From Hyaloraphidium curvatum SAG 235-1 (taxonomy: Eukaryota; Fungi; Monoblepharomycota): a stretch of DNA of 64,000 nucleotides. Positions 46,779 through 58,000 of this stretch are shown here, one piece after another. Positions within the stretch are counted from its first letter, which is position 1. Each line of letters opens with the position of its first letter. Location of the stretch: NCBI GenBank assembly GCA_025558095.1, contig JAIVFI010000010.1, positions 434,001-498,000 on the forward strand, given 5' to 3'. The notes below the pieces were generated by a model, which ran no database searches, had not been told where the DNA came from, and saw only the letters and a program-made list of their open reading frames with translations. The translations under genes were made by a program, and so were the position numbers.

Positions 46779-47216
46779 GCCTGGCGCGGGTTGAAAGGGA
46801 GAAGGAAACGTGTGTTTACGGCGTCGCGGGCGTCGGCCGCGGGCCGCACCTGCTACCTTCCCTGCCTGGCCTGAAAGGTGCACGGCTGGCGCCGGCTGCA
46901 GCATGTGCCGATGGATGGCAATCTAATGTGCGGCCTGGATGTTGCTTTCCATGCTTGCCTGCCCTGACTGATGAGGCAGCGAGGGCAGCCATCTTCCACC
47001 TTCGACTTCCATCCATCTGCCGGCGGCCTGAGGCATGGACCAATCCACCCCACTCGTATGCATCTGCCACTTTCCATCACGTCTGGATGCCCTCGTCGGC
47101 GTCGCGGGGTGTCATTCCGCAAAAGTCCGCAGGCGGAGCCCTCAGCCGACGAGGCGATGCCGTTGCCCTCGTCCCATTCCGGACATGCCGCCGCACAACA
47201 CGAAATGATACCGACC

Positions 47217-49667
47217 ATGCCTCGAAGCATGCCCATTCTCGCAATCTCCGCCGCACTCCTCCTCCTCGCCGCGCCTCCCCCGGCCTCGGCCGCGCTCCCG
47301 GCCCCCGGCGGCCCCCTCGCCGCGGCCCTCGCCAACAACGCGCACTCCCTCGCGCTGCTCAAGCGGCAGCGGCCCGAGGACTGCCAGTGGTGCCCCGACA
47401 GAGAGACCGGGATCTGCGTGTACCTCTCGTCGAACGTCGCCCACTGCGGGAAGTGCGGCGCTCCGTGTTCAGCGGGCGAGTTCTGCTACATGGGGAGGTG
47501 CAGGACGAACGAGGGTGCGTCTCCGGCGGCACACGGCCGGCACGGATGAAACTGACCCCCCTCCGCGATGGTTAGCCTGGTGCGCCGAGCAGGGCTACCA
47601 GTCCTGCCCCGGCACCCCCGACTTTGCCTGCCTCTCCGACACCACCCCCGAAGCGTGCGGCACCTGCGGCACCGTGTGCTCCGGCGCGACGCCCTACTGC
47701 CAGGGCGGCCGCTGCACGCAGTGCCTCGACGGCGACCTCGTCTGCGGCGGGGTCTGCACCGCCCTGGGCACCGACAACTGCGGGTCCTGCAACCGCGCGT
47801 GCCCGAACGGGACGTACTGCAACGTCTACGTGGACGGCAAGATGAACCCCGGACCGTACGAGTGCGTCCCGCTCGAGTGCGGGTTCGGGACGTCGTGGTG
47901 CCCCGGCCTCGGGTGCGTCGACTTCCGGAACAACGACCGGCACTGCGGGGGCTGCAACGCCGCGTGCGCCGCGGGGGAGCAGTGCCTCGCGGGCGAGTGC
48001 CGCCCGTGCAACGCGACCGAGGGCGGCGCCTCCTGCGGCGGCAGGTGCACGAGCCTGCGCACCGATTCCAAGAACTGCGGATCTTGCGGACGTGCTTGTC
48101 AGTTCGGGGAGATGTGCTGGGAGGGCGAGTGCGGGTGCCCTTCATATGCGCAGGGCCCCGCGCCGCCGAACGTCGTGGACTGCCCCCTGGGCAACGGCAC
48201 CGTCGAGCGGTGCGTGGACCTGGCCAACAGGGGCGACCACTGCGGCGCATGCGGGGCTCGGTGTCCCTCGAAAGAGACGGGGAGCCAGTGGATGGGGTGG
48301 TGCGACAACGGGCGGTGCGACTGCTACCCCCCCGGGACCGGGTCGCGGTACACGCCCTCGCTCACGCTGTGCGGATCGGTATGCACGCCCACGGAAACGG
48401 ACGGGGAGAACTGTGGACGGTGCTCCAATGTCTGCGGGCCGGGGCGGGCGTGCCACAAGGGCGAGTGCTTCGCGTGCGAGAGGCTGGGCATGCTGGCGTG
48501 CGCGGGGATGGACGGGACGTGCATGGCGCCGGGCGAGTACGATTACCGTTGCCCTGCGGGGTCGCTGTACACGAGCACGACCGCGTCGACGGCGGGGACG
48601 GCGACCGCGACGGGGAGCGCGACGACCGCGCGGCCGACCGAGACGGTGGCGCCGCCGGCGTTTGCGGTGCCGCCCGGCAACGCGACCTGCATGCGGTCGT
48701 GCCCGGACAAGGGCAACTTCCTGCTCGTGCGGCCCGTGCTGCTGGAGGGATCTAGGCTGGCGACGGTGCAGTGCATCGGGCCGGACGGGGGCAAGTGCGC
48801 GTGGTGGGTTGCCTGCGGGTCCTCTTCGTGGGCCGTTGAAGGAACGTCGCAACTGATTCGCTGCTCTGATAGGTTCACGGATGCGGAGTGCCGCAGCGTC
48901 GCGCCGGGCGAGTCCGCCCCCGCGCCCTCGTACGACGTCGGCTACCTCTGCTCGCAGAATACGGCCGGATGGTGCGGCGCCGCCTACGGTTACCTTTGGA
49001 CCGCGCCCGGCACGCCGATCCCTGGCAGCTGCCCCGCGCCGGCGCCGCCTACCTCGACGGAAGCGGCCGTTTCGGCGGGTTCCTTTACGTGCGTGCGGTC
49101 GTGTCTGGACAAGGGAAACTACCTGCTGGCAAGAACGCAGGTGGAGAGGGTGTCGTCGGTCATGACGGTGCAGTGTTCGGGGACCTCGCCGACGTCGTGC
49201 GGATGGTGGGTCCGCCGTCGCCCTTGTCTCGACCTCGATTGACCATGTCGCTGCCCAATTCCAGGTTCTCGGACGCCGCGTGCACCCAGGTCGTACCCGG
49301 CGAGACGGGCGGCGGCGCCTCGGGCGTGGCCTGCGCGCAGGTCGAGGACGGATGGTGTCGCGCGGCGTGGAACGTCGCCGCGCTGGGGCTGCCTCAGCAG
49401 AACTGCAGCTTCGTGCCGACGGCGACGGATTCGGGGGCTTCGGCGACGTCGGCGCCGAGGGAGCCGACGAGGGGGAGCGGGGCGACCGCGGCGGGGACGC
49501 CTTCTTCTACGGGGGCGCCGACGGCCGCGGCCACGCCGTCGGGCTCGCCAGCGGCGGTTTTGACGACGACGAACGGGAGGCCGAGCTCGGCGGGCAGGGT
49601 GCTCCGGGGCGCAGGGTCGTGGGTCCCCGTGCTGCTTTCTCTCGGCGCCCTCATCGCGTGGCCTTGA
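47217..49667 (+). CDS. Cys-rich secreted protein with STIG1-like repeats, two Cys modules, S/T stalk and probable GPI signal
   Basis: Signal peptide, KR processing site, repeated (N/H)CGxCxxxC, three introns, hydrophobic C-terminus VLLSLGALIAWP. Confidence 0.85.
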
Positions 49668-49947
49668 TTTCGGGTCTGTTTATGGCACATCTATGGACAT
49701 GGACATTGCGAGCTGACTATCGTGGCCATCATGTAATACCTATGACTATGAAGCGATTGTTCATGAGGCCTGCAGTGTCGGAGAACTGTCCGCGTACGTC
49801 CGCTAGTCCGGGAGCTGTCATCGCAGAGCGAGCATCTTCCATTTGAAATGCAATGCGGCTGCCGGGCGGGCATCGCACTCTCCTAAGCGCTGGTAATGAG
49901 CGCAGAGACAAATATCGCAATCCGCCTTCAATCGATGGAGAGCCCGC

Positions 49948-51329
49948 CCTGTCTCCCAGGGCGGGGGGCGCCCGTTCCGGGGGCTCAAACGGCTGCCAAA
50001 AAGGGCGAATGCAAATGCGTGACCCCCCGGAGGCGGCAGCCCGGGCAGCGAGCTAGCTGTGGAGAGTACTCGATTCGCCGCATCGCGATGAGCTAGGGTA
50101 GAGCTGGGTTAAGAAGTACATAAGCCGGCGGCATCCGAATCTGAGACCTGCCCAATTTCGACCTCAATCAACGGCACCCTCCCCCGCCCCCGCGCCCCGC
50201 CGCCCCGGGCCGGCGTGCCCCCCGGCTGTTGCCCGTGCACGGGCGGACACGTGCGCGGCGGGGCGCCCGCGGGGTGGCGCTGGCGGCGGCGCACGGCCCA
50301 TTGTTTGGGAGGGCGTCGGGAGGGGGGGTGCCGTCCACGCGTGGGGGCGCACGGCAAGGCAGGTGCGCACGCATCAACGCAGAGATATCGCGCTAATATT
50401 GCGTTCCCTCCAGGCCGATCGGACGCCAGGGCGGCAGGGCGGCAGGACCGGGTAGGGGGGTGGTCCGTGGAGGATCCCTGCGGCTTCGGCCCCAGCAGCG
50501 TCGCCCGGTGATCCGTCCCGCCGCAAGGCGCGGGCGGCAGTGGGGACGCGAGCTGCCCTGGGCCCAACAGCAAGGCGCGCAAGGTCGACTCCAAGCGCCA
50601 ACGTCAAGCTCAAGCACGAGGCGGCCAGCTTGCCGCATACTAACCACCACCCTCCTCGCAGCGCAGCGCACCGCATCCGCATCCGTCGACGAGGTGGCAA
50701 GGCATCCAGCAATCCAGCATCTCCAAGTGTCGGATGTGGGGTCGGCTGCGGCCGGCGGGCTCTGCCCGGCACCCTCCACCACGCGTCCGGCGCGGCGTCG
50801 TGGGGACGGTGCAGCCCGAGACCGGCTCCGAGGCAAGCGGCAAGGCGGCAAGGCCAAGTGTCGGATGTGGAGTCGGCCGATGGGCTCAGCCCCGACTGTC
50901 CGCGCCGGCGAGCGGCGGGCAATCAGTCGTCCGAGACCGGCTCCAAGCGACCACCTTCGGCCCTCAAGCACAAGGCGGCCGGCTTGCCGCATTCTAACTT
51001 TCCGCCCTTCCACACAGCGCAGCGCCCCGACCTCGGCAAGAGCAAGACCGGGTAGGAGGGTGATCCGCGGGGGACCTCTGCGGCTTCGGCCCCAGCGCGC
51101 ACGCCCGCTCGACCCTCCTGTCTTTCGGCTAGGAGGCACCGGGGTGCACAGCTGCTCCGGACCCGCGAAGAACCGGCCTTTCCAGCAGGCACGCGCAAGA
51201 ATGGGTAAGGGGGCGGTCCGCGGGGGACCTCTGCGGCTTCGGCCCCAGCGCGCACGCCCGCTCGACCCTCCTGCCTTTCGGCTAGGAGGCACCGGGGTGC
51301 GCAGCTGCCCTGGGCCCACCGGCAAGATC
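49948..51329 (+). repeat. Unclassified dispersed repeat, copy 2 (inverted relative to copy 1)
   Basis: Same termini as copy 1 (CCTGTCTCCCAGGGC...CGGCAAGATC). Internal ~90-bp near-perfect duplication at ~51065 and ~51217. Confidence 0.85.
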
Positions 51330-51596
51330 ATCTCTGTATGTAGATCAGAACAATAGAGTTAAGCCGTCACTACTTCAGAATCTATGCGATGTCCGCTTTA
51401 CCAACGTCGTGTTGCACAAGTCTGGGTTGTCGAGGCTGTATTATCAATGGATACGAAGGAGCGGCTTTCCGAGACGATCTCCGAAGCAGTGCATGGAAGT
51501 CCGGCGTGATCGCGGCAGAGGCCCGTCATCATTCGCGGAGCTGCTTTCGCAGCTGTCAAAGCGCTGCTCGGCGAAGTCACTGCATCGCCGGCACAA

Positions 51597-52868
51597 ATGG
51601 GATCGCGCCTGACTGAAGCGGAGGCGCGCGCGATACCGCCGCTGCTCGAGCTGCCGCCCGAGGTGCTGCGAATGGTGCTGGACGAGCTGCCGCGCCGCGA
51701 CGCCGCGGTGCTGCTGCGCGTGCACTCTGCACTGCTCGCGGCAGCCTGGCCGGCCGTGTGGGCGCACGTGGACGCGACCGACCGGGCGGGGCGCGGAACG
51801 CTGCGTGGCGTGGTGCGGACCGGCGCGCGGGAAGCACGGCGGACCGGATGCGCCCGTACCGCGCGGCGCCGTGTCCTCCGTCACATACCGCGGCGGCCAC
51901 GTCACGGATCTTGCGCCATTGCTGGAGTTTTGCGGCACACATCTGCGAATGCTGGACGTGGGAGACTGCGAGCTGGGACGCGTCGCGCTGGGCACGGTCT
52001 TGGCCCTCGTGCGGCCCGATCTCGACGAGCTTGCGATGCCGCTGTCGCCCGCACGTGCTGCAGCCGGGGTCGAGCCGGATGCCGGGGAAGTCGGCGTTGC
52101 GTTGACGCGTTTCCGGAGCCTGCGGCGCCTCAACGTCGCCGGGCGGATGCTGTCTGCCCTCGAGATGGCCGCCGTGCGGGCACTGCCGCTGCAGTCGCTG
52201 ACTACGAGCGAAGAATCGTGGATTTCTGAGAATGCTTGCGTCGCTGCACGTTCGTTGGTGGGCCTCGCTCTCGACCGTCCGCTTCGCGTCTTGTTACGAT
52301 GTCGGCATCGTCGGCCTGCTGCCGGCCGCCCTGGTCAGCCTGGAGCTCATTGTGCCCATCGATGCCGACCGCATGGAGGGGCTCTGCACGCTGTTGCGAC
52401 AGGTTGCCGAGCTGCCGGCTCTTGAAGCTATGATCCTGGGCGATTCTCTGAAGAACGGGCTCTTCCAGCCCGGCAAGCTCTTCTTTGGACAGATTCGCGA
52501 CCTGCTGAAGAAGGAGCGGCGAGGCGCAAGCGTACGCCGCCCTCAAGGCCCTGCCTGCCGGTGCAGTGCCGCATCTCCGCTGGCTCGAGATCCGTTCGCG
52601 CGGGTTCAAGATGGAGTGGCTGCAGGGTATCATCGAGGCCATGCCGAAGCTGTCCCGCTTCCTCTGCATCGATCCCGCCGTGACGACGAAGGCAAAGGAC
52701 AGGCTGATCCGCGCAAAGAAGGAGCTCGACGACCGCAGCATCCGCTACAACATCGATACCAACCTCGGAACGGGGCGTTTTGAAGCCTGGGAACGGCAAG
52801 GCCTCCGCGTCCTGGCCAGCGATCACTTGATCCGCGTGCGGCTTGTGGAAACCGGAAGCCGCCGGTGA
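51597..52868 (+). pseudogene. F-box/LRR-like gene broken by about three frameshifts
   Basis: LLELPPEVLRMVLDEL...WAHVD, then LRR-like segments (LRMLDV, LRRLNV, LVSLEL, LRWLEI) spread over different frames with no intron-sized gaps. Confidence 0.7.
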
Positions 52869-53961
52869 TCGGAGGACGGAGGCGGTCTGATGTGCGAGGC
52901 TGGATTCGAGCAGGCTGGTTGCCTCCGCAACGTTCGGCAAGTTGCGCCGACCGGACACACAAAAGAGCGACGGGCCAGACACCGCATTCGTGCCAACGAG
53001 GCTGTGTTCGATTGGTGATGGCTGTTTCAGGATGCGTCAGTTCGAGAGCTAAGTTCGAGAGCTCAGTTGGAGAGTCTGTTGCTCACCTCCGAATTCTGGT
53101 CTCTTCTCCCCGCGTGGCAGGAATACATTTCTCAACCATTGCTTCTCTTATCCGCCTCGAAAATGCCTTTCGTACCCAGGATCTTCCACCGTGTCCGGCA
53201 ACCGCCCACCACCTCCACCCGGGGATCGAACGTCCGACCACCAAAGGATTTCCTGCAAGTCTAGACAAATGCCTCCTCGAATTGGGGATCGCTCCAGCAT
53301 TAGAATGTGTGCTGTGCGGAAGTGCGCGGTGGTGCTGCAAGCTCCGATCCCCTCGGCTGCCTACGCGTTCCCGGTCAGCGGCAGCATTTCCGTGACGCGT
53401 CGCCGAATCCATGGCTCCGGCGCTTACGGGCTCTGGATCTTCAAGCTCTGGGCAGCGCGAAGTGGCGACGCAGCAGAAATGTGCGACCGCAGAAGGATCT
53501 GCGACCGTGCGCGGACTTCGCTCGGGCGCTGAGCCGCAATTGGAGGCCATCGCGGAGGCTACTTCCCGAGGGGTCGCGCTCTTCCTGGCCTGGGATCTCA
53601 AATCGCTCGATCCCGCACCCGCATCCACCGAGGACTGCGCCTGAGCTGCATCGCGCTCTACCTGCGCGAATCCCGGCATGGTAGACCGGGAACCAGTCGT
53701 AACGTTGTCCAACGTGGTTTCCCCAGGTGCTCGTTCGGGGTCGAGGATGCGAGATGGTAGATCGCCGGATGTACTTCAACTTTCAAGCACGTGCGTTCAC
53801 CATCACAACAACCCCCGAATCCTCGCCCAAACACAGGCCCGCGCCGGTTCCTCGGGCCCGCGAAAGCCCCGCACGGCGCTCGCGCCGGCATCGTCTCCAT
53901 CTGGGCGGCAGCGGGGGAGCGGCTGCGGCTGCCCGGGCGCAACGCCCTCCGTTGTTTGCGC
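52017..53961 (+). repeat. Long inverted repeat, left arm (visible part)
   Basis: Reverse complement of 62056-64000. Mirrored ORFs have identical translations and coordinates summing to 116017. Confidence 0.97.
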
Positions 53962-54038
53962 TCGCAGACACGCAACCACTCCGAAGCCCTGCCCGGTGGA
54001 GCAGTGTACCTCGAAGTTGTTTCACTTCTTACGGACCC

Positions 54039-54971
54039 ATGGATCCATTAGGACAACCTTTTACGGAGGATGTGGGCGGACTGCGCCCTGCTTCTGGCGT
54101 AACTCACTTCAAGACCAGGTATCCCAGCCAAACCAGCAGGGAGCTGTGATTGCCCGACTTCTCCAGCGAAACGCTTCGCTCAACGCTTCTTTGTCCGCGA
54201 AAGAACAGACCATCTCTGAACAAAGGCAGACCATACACGACCTCGTACAGCAATTGAATGAGCAAGGAAGCTCCATAGCAAAGCTCAAGACTGATGCGAC
54301 GACGGTCCAACTGGAGCACAACAAGGAGAAGGCGCATTTACAGGAATGCATCTACAATCTCAGGAATCGTGTGGCAGAGCTGACCGGCGCTTGTTCGCCT
54401 GTGGTGCTGCGAACGGTCCTAGGTAAATCAACGTTCACTTCCTTGCTTTGCTTCCTATTGATGCGCTGATCGACAGAGGACCTTTTCGGGCGCTTGTTCG
54501 CCTGTGGTGCTGCGAACGGTCCTAGGTAAATCAACGTTCACTTCCTTGCTTTGCTTCCTATTGATGCGCTGATCGACAGAGGACCTTTTGAGAATAGTCT
54601 GTGAAAACGATTATGGTCCTGAGTTGGCCGCCAAAATGACTAAGACCGACCGCGCGCACTACGTTTTTGGAGAGAACCCGCCGATGGAAAGCGCCGCCTC
54701 AAAAGTTCAAGAGTATCTGGGACACAAATTCGCGAAGATCGAGTGGGAGGATTTTCAAGGGCCCTACGCGGAGTTCAATGCCCTTCAGTCAAGGCGGGAA
54801 TTCCTGAAGTGGTTGTACAGCGACCTCTCTGCCGGATGCCACACTACCCCATTCGAAACATCGTGGGAGAAGATAAAACCATTCTGCACAAAAGCGATTG
54901 AACGACTCTTCTTCCCGTTGGCGATCGACCTCATCAACGATCTCAACAACGTGGAGGAAGTTGATGTCTGA
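54039..54971 (+). CDS. Orphan coiled-coil protein (gene A), spliced
   Basis: MDPLGQPFTED|VSQPNQQG...heptad-rich...RTVL|EDLLRIVCENDY...EEVDV*. Start may instead be ATG 53678 inside the inverted repeat. Confidence 0.6.
54386..54589 (+). repeat. Perfect 101-bp tandem duplication spanning an intron
   Basis: 54386-54486 equals 54489-54589; each unit contains a 54-nt GTAAAT...GCTGATCGACAG intron. Confidence 0.95.
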
Positions 54972-55036
54972 AGGGGACTTTGTTTGAACATAGGCTGGCT
55001 TCGTGCCATCAGCATCGTGAACTCGCATTTAGCCCT

Positions 55037-58000
55037 TTACATCGTTTCGTATTGGTACAAATGCTCCGGATACGTCGCTTGGAACTCCAGAATGAGCGCT
55101 CGGAGGGCGTAGTTTGGCGTCAGCACGATCTTTGTCTTGCGACCATCCTTGTCGTGAGTGAGCGGGACCTGCGTCATCGGCGACGTGCCGTTCTGCTTGA
55201 GCCAGTTGCGGATAGCATCTTCTTGATACGTGTATCCATCCGGAGCGACGACGGGATGAGACATGATCTAAGGCACAGTTCCGTCAGTTTAGATCCGCGA
55301 TAGCGCTGCCGAAACGTACCGTCCGGGTGATGGGGCAAACAAAGTGGCCAGGAACCTTGATTGGTTGCCTTGCGATGTGCATCTGAGCCATCGTAGTAAA
55401 AGGCTGGTATGCTTGCTGGACGATGTAGGCGGAACCGTCGGCCGCCGTCATGTAAACTTGTCTCGACAGATCCGGCTGCTGCGACACGGCTTGGCCGTGT
55501 GCGATCTGTTGCTGCGATCCAAAGAAGTGCTGCTGACCTTCGACGGCTTCACCGGGCTCTTCCTCGCTCGCTTCTTCGGAGTCACCGTAACCGCCTGCGT
55601 CAGACATGCCGTTCGTCGAGTCCTCCGGCAGGGACTTCATCGACTCGCGCAGCTTCTTGATCCCTTCCTTCAGCTTCAACATGGGTCCCAGAGGGAGCTT
55701 CAAAGCACGGAAGTCCTCATCTGATGCCAACATGAGCGACTCCATATCGAATTCGTGCTCCTCAAAAAGCTGGACGAATCGAGCGAGCCCGACGGTTCGA
55801 AGAAAGTCCGACAACTTCGTTTCGCCCGAAGAGGGGGCCGGAGGAGGCGCACTACGCCGAGGAGCAAACTCGGATGCACGCTTCGCCTGAGCCTCAGGAG
55901 GAACAGCCGGTTTGGAGATTCTCTGCGGAGACTGCGAGGCCGGCTGCTTTTGCTGCGGTGCAGAAGGCTTGTCGAGGGGATGCTTGAGACCAGGCGGCGC
56001 CGCCAACGGCCGGCGGGCTTCGACATTCTTCTCTTCGGTAGTGCGAGATCCTGCGTCGTCATTTCGCCGGCTCAGGTTGGGAATGGTCGGGGAAGGCATG
56101 TCCCAAAGCGCGGCAATTTCCTGCGATTCGATAGGAGAGACTTTCTTGGCGACTTTGACCGACTCGGTCTCGTCAGCCACGAACGATGCCGTCTTCTCGG
56201 CAGCCTTGTCCACTTCCGAGGGAGCCGGCGCTGCGATCGGAACGACGGGATTCTTCGTGATGATAATGTTCAGTCCGTTCAAAACAGAATCGCCATCGGT
56301 CCGCGCGAGCGGTGTCGGAGGAGCTGTCGGCAGGGCGGGCGCGGCACTGCTTCCAGGCTGAACGGGCTGCGCTGGCTGCCAAGTGTGCATGCTCGAGAAC
56401 CAGCATCGCACCGCGTGAACACAGGACCCGTCGGGATTGACGCGCGTGCACTTCTTCGACGCCTTCCAGATACCTGATCTTTGCTGGCTTGAGTGCGGCG
56501 ATGCCTTCGGGGCGCCCTTCGCCGACTTGGGACTCTGGGCCGTTGGGACGTTTCCGCTTGCATAACGGTCTTCCTCCACAGGCAGCGAACCAGAATCAGA
56601 TTCCGGTTTCGACAAAGGCTCCTGCCTCCGTGACGGTGTCTCGTGGCGCGCTGCCGGCTCCTCGATACGGTTCGCTTGCTGCGCGATGCTCGGTCGCTCG
56701 ATCGCGCGCCGTTCAGGAGACAAAACATCCGACAGCTGAGACACTTGCTCCGAAGCAACAGTAGAATCCGGCAAAAGCGCTGAAGTCGTATCCTGGGGTG
56801 CAACGACGTGTTGTGCCGACACGGACGCCTCCGCAGTAGAATTCTGCTGCCGCAATGGCGCAACCTTAACTTCGCGATCCGCACTCTCAAGCTCGGCAAA
56901 GTCATGCTCCTCAACCGGGATCTCCGCGACGTCCACGACCGGAAAGGGTGGGCTGAATGATGTCGTTGCAAAGGCTTCCCCATTTGCCGATCCCGATGCG
57001 GAGGCAACTCCTTCGCTCTCAGTCGTGTCGCTGCTTTCCGAAACCCTTGTAAACTCGGAGATCGAGGTGTCGTTGCGAGCGGCGTCCTCGCCAACGGTCT
57101 CGGAAGAGTGCTCCGGAGTCCAGGATCCCATGCGCGCCGCCACTTCCAACGAGGCAAGCTCGGCTGCCTTTTCGGCCGCGCGCTTTTCCTTGGACACCTT
57201 GGTCTTCCATTCTGACTCGCGCCGTTTCCGTTCCCTCTCCATCTTGGCGTGCATCCCCGAGATCTTTCCCAGCCACGTCCCAAACAGCTCCGGCCGCAGG
57301 TGGCATGCGCGCAAAACCTCGATTGTCCTGTCGTACGGCTGAATCTCCCGCCATTTCGGCGCGTAAACCATCTCTGCGGTATCACCCTCCACGTCCGAGC
57401 GCTCAAAGTCGCTGGCCCCCAGCGCAGCAATCTCTGACGGGGTCAGCAAGTTCTGCACCTCCTGATCCATTACAATCTGCAACAATGGCACCGATTCGGC
57501 AAGGTTGACGATGGTTTGGTAGATAAGATTACGAACGGCCGGGGCCAGTTCGTTCGCAGAAGGCCACTCGAGCACGTCCTGCGCGAAATCGGAACCGGCG
57601 TCATCGGGCCTTCCTGCACCCGACAAAATGTCCCGGACGCCCTTCTGAAGCATAGTGCGCCACGTCGCGAGCTCCATTTTGGCGTACTTGGCCCTCGAAA
57701 GCTTCGTGTGCACTGCCTCTGCGCGGTCCATGAAGGTCCGGTTAGCGCTGTTGCGCTTCATGATGGCAATGATCCCCCGAATCTGCCCGATGAGTTCGTC
57801 CAGCTTTGTCATGGACTTCGAGCCCGTCGAAAGCTCCGCTTCAATGCTGGCAATTTCCCGATCCCACTCGTCCCGCAGAGCAGCGCGCCGCGATTCCTCC
57901 TTCTTGGCGTATTCTCGCTCCCTCTCCGCGCGCTCTTCCTCCAGATCCGGGACGTAGATCCTAAGCGGTTGCGACGGTTCTCCTGCGGCGTGATCGTTCA

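Noticed and set aside
230-49200. Many long ORFs antisense or out of frame to real genes (e.g. 528-1799+, 6787-7821+, 17951-19306-, 45375-46598+)
   Set aside because: Arg/Pro/Ala-rich shadow ORFs expected at high GC; no recognisable motifs.
49950-51330. TG...CA ends suggesting a solo LTR
   Set aside because: No target-site duplication, and copy 1 lacks the CA at the equivalent position. A Helitron CTRR end is also not matched.
53038-53075. Three 13-bp units AGTTCGAGAGCT(A/C) as a recombination or factor-binding site
   Set aside because: Too short and lacking context to support a function.
53083-53712. 209-aa minus-strand ORF inside the repeat arm (mirrored at 62305-62934)
   Set aside because: No motifs or transposase features; its duplication adds no independent evidence that it is coding.
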